A stretch of DNA of 64,000 nucleotides, taken from the NCBI RefSeq assembly GCF_037042905.1, contig NC_087252.1:14013872-14077871 (forward strand). Direction: 5' to 3'. The position numbers were made by a program, and so were the translations under genes. The DNA is from Lytechinus pictus. Taxonomy: Eukaryota. The notes below the pieces were generated by a model. That model was not told the DNA's origin, searched no databases, and saw nothing but the letters and a program-made list of their open reading frames with translations. Shown here piece after piece: positions 62,362 to 64,000 of this stretch (position 1 is its first letter; each line of letters begins with the position of its first letter).

Positions 62362-63303
62362 TCAAAAGAAGTCTGTAGCTTTAGGTCTCCTCTTGCCAAC
62401 CTTGCCTTGCTTCTTTGCTGACCCTTTGACCTTTGGCACCTTGACCTCTGACTTTGGGGGTGTCTGCTTCAACACAGAGAATGCTGGCTTCTTAGTTCCA
62501 TCGAATGGGACACCCGGACTCTGTTTGATCCTCTGCTTGTAGTCGGTGGCAGCTGGATCGAAGAGAGAAGAATAATACAACTTGCATTGATTTCAGACAG
62601 AGAACCAGGAACCATAAATACAAGAAATATTTGCGAAAAAAATCAACCAGATCAATTTAGCGATCAAATTTCAAGTGGGTTCCACTTACCCTTCATTTTG
62701 TAATATTTACAAGTATTTCACTTGTATATAATTACTCAATACCATTAATTGCAATGATTTCATTCCTTAAAACCACTCAATTTCTTCCACAAGAAATTGA
62801 TCAACAATGTTCTATTCTCAACACTAGTGAGACAAATGGCTACCGGCAGGAAATAATTCCTCAAAGAGCTGAGGGCACCGGAATTGGTAGACAAGGTTAT
62901 CCAGGGTAATATAGGAGCACCTTGAGCACCTAAATTGGTGTATATGTGCACGATACAAATACCTATACATCTTATTATCATCATATGTGCAAAAACTATG
63001 TTTGTGAGATTTAATCACAATTGGCAAAAACAATTTGGCATTCGAGCATATAGGAAACAGATATTTGGTAAATTACAAAAAAGCCATCTCAGCGCCAGTC
63101 ATAAGGTTGCTATTGATGTCTATTAGGGTTTTAAACGCGTACCATTCAGATGTGAACATTTACGCCCAAGTACTTAAGGTGTGGGTTGGCTATTATTCTT
63201 GGAAACATGATAAGGTATACTCACGCTGGAATTCATTCTTAGACAATGCTATCTTCACTCTCTTTCTTGTCATTGGTGGGGAGAACTGTGTTTCAACCCG
63301 ACT
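62362..63303 (-). CDS. RRP1B: RRP1/RRP1B (Nop52 family) homolog, last two coding exons; rest of gene lies beyond the right edge
   Basis: Exons 63303-63225 (SRVETQFSPPMTRKRVKIALSKNEFQ, donor C|GTGAGT) and 62552-62362 (...VPFDGTKKPAFSVLKQTP...KRRPKATDFF*). This matches the RRP1B C-terminal pattern KKVTFGLNRN...VAFDPEQKPLHGVLKTP...RRRPRAMDFF, recalled from memory. Confidence 0.8.
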
Positions 63304-64000
63304 CTAAAGGAGGATATAAGGGGTACATACATGAGGGCAAAAAATAAATAATCAGTTACAGAACATTGTGATAATATATCTCATGATAATTTCTATATTA
63401 ATATCTTTTAACATAATCAATCTCTGGCAGCAAGGTCAGATGCTATGTCAGGGATGTCAACCTTGTAAAATGAAAGTTAGTACTGAGGAGAATGCACTAA
63501 ACTATTAAGGTGGGAACATTGTATGAATAGACATGTATATAATATATTTCACAAGGAGAAGGTGAATTTTTTAGGAAATCTGCAGTTTTTCATTAAAAAC
63601 ATAAACAAAATATTGCACAAAAGGAAAGTTGTCATTGGTAGAAAGAAAACACAGCAGGCATCCACCTACTATAAATAAGGAGAATGGTGATCAAAATGTC
63701 ACCAATAGTTAGTGTAGAAGAAAGATTCACGCATAGGGCCTAGTCTACTGATCCACATCACCTATGGAATTTAGGGTAGGAAATATTTGTCATTTTTAGG
63801 AGCAATATTTTTTTTTGCCACATTTGGGCAACTGCTGAATTTTGGGAGCTATTCTTATTATTTCAAAGACTACTTTTTTTGCTCAACGAACAATATTGCT
63901 GTAAAAGCATATCTCATTATTCTACTGTATGTAGTATGTAGAATATTCATTTTAGAAATGTTCTTGAATATTGTTTGTGGTAGATCTCGAGGCAACCTTA

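Overview
AT-rich, repeat-dense animal genomic DNA. The spliced genes, the repeat families and the gene types suggest an echinoderm, probably a sea urchin (inference). Four protein-coding genes were reconstructed by hand from splice sites. (1) Minus strand, 13021 to at least 1940: a 9-exon type I membrane receptor with signal peptide, V-type Ig domain, C1/C2-like Ig domain, TM helix and four tandem death-fold-like cytoplasmic domains. Each domain sits on its own phase 1-1 exon, two introns appear to use GC donors, and no stop codon was found, so the gene probably continues past the left edge. (2) Plus strand, 22836-43909: a complete 17-exon, 669-aa SLC5 sodium:solute symporter (SMCT/NIS/SMVT clade) ending in PPSY and DTRL motifs. 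(3) Plus strand, 52147-53106: an intronless, divergent rhodopsin-family GPCR. (4) Minus strand, 63303-62362: the last two exons of an RRP1/RRP1B (Nop52) homolog. The rest is non-autonomous DNA transposons (Harbinger-, Kolobok-, piggyBac-, hAT- and CACTA-like, often nested), tRNA-derived SINEs, one 7SL-like SINE head, microsatellites and two local duplications. The best candidate for new biology is the Ig-Ig-TM-(death fold)x4 receptor, two of whose death-fold exons are bracketed by an inverted transposon pair.
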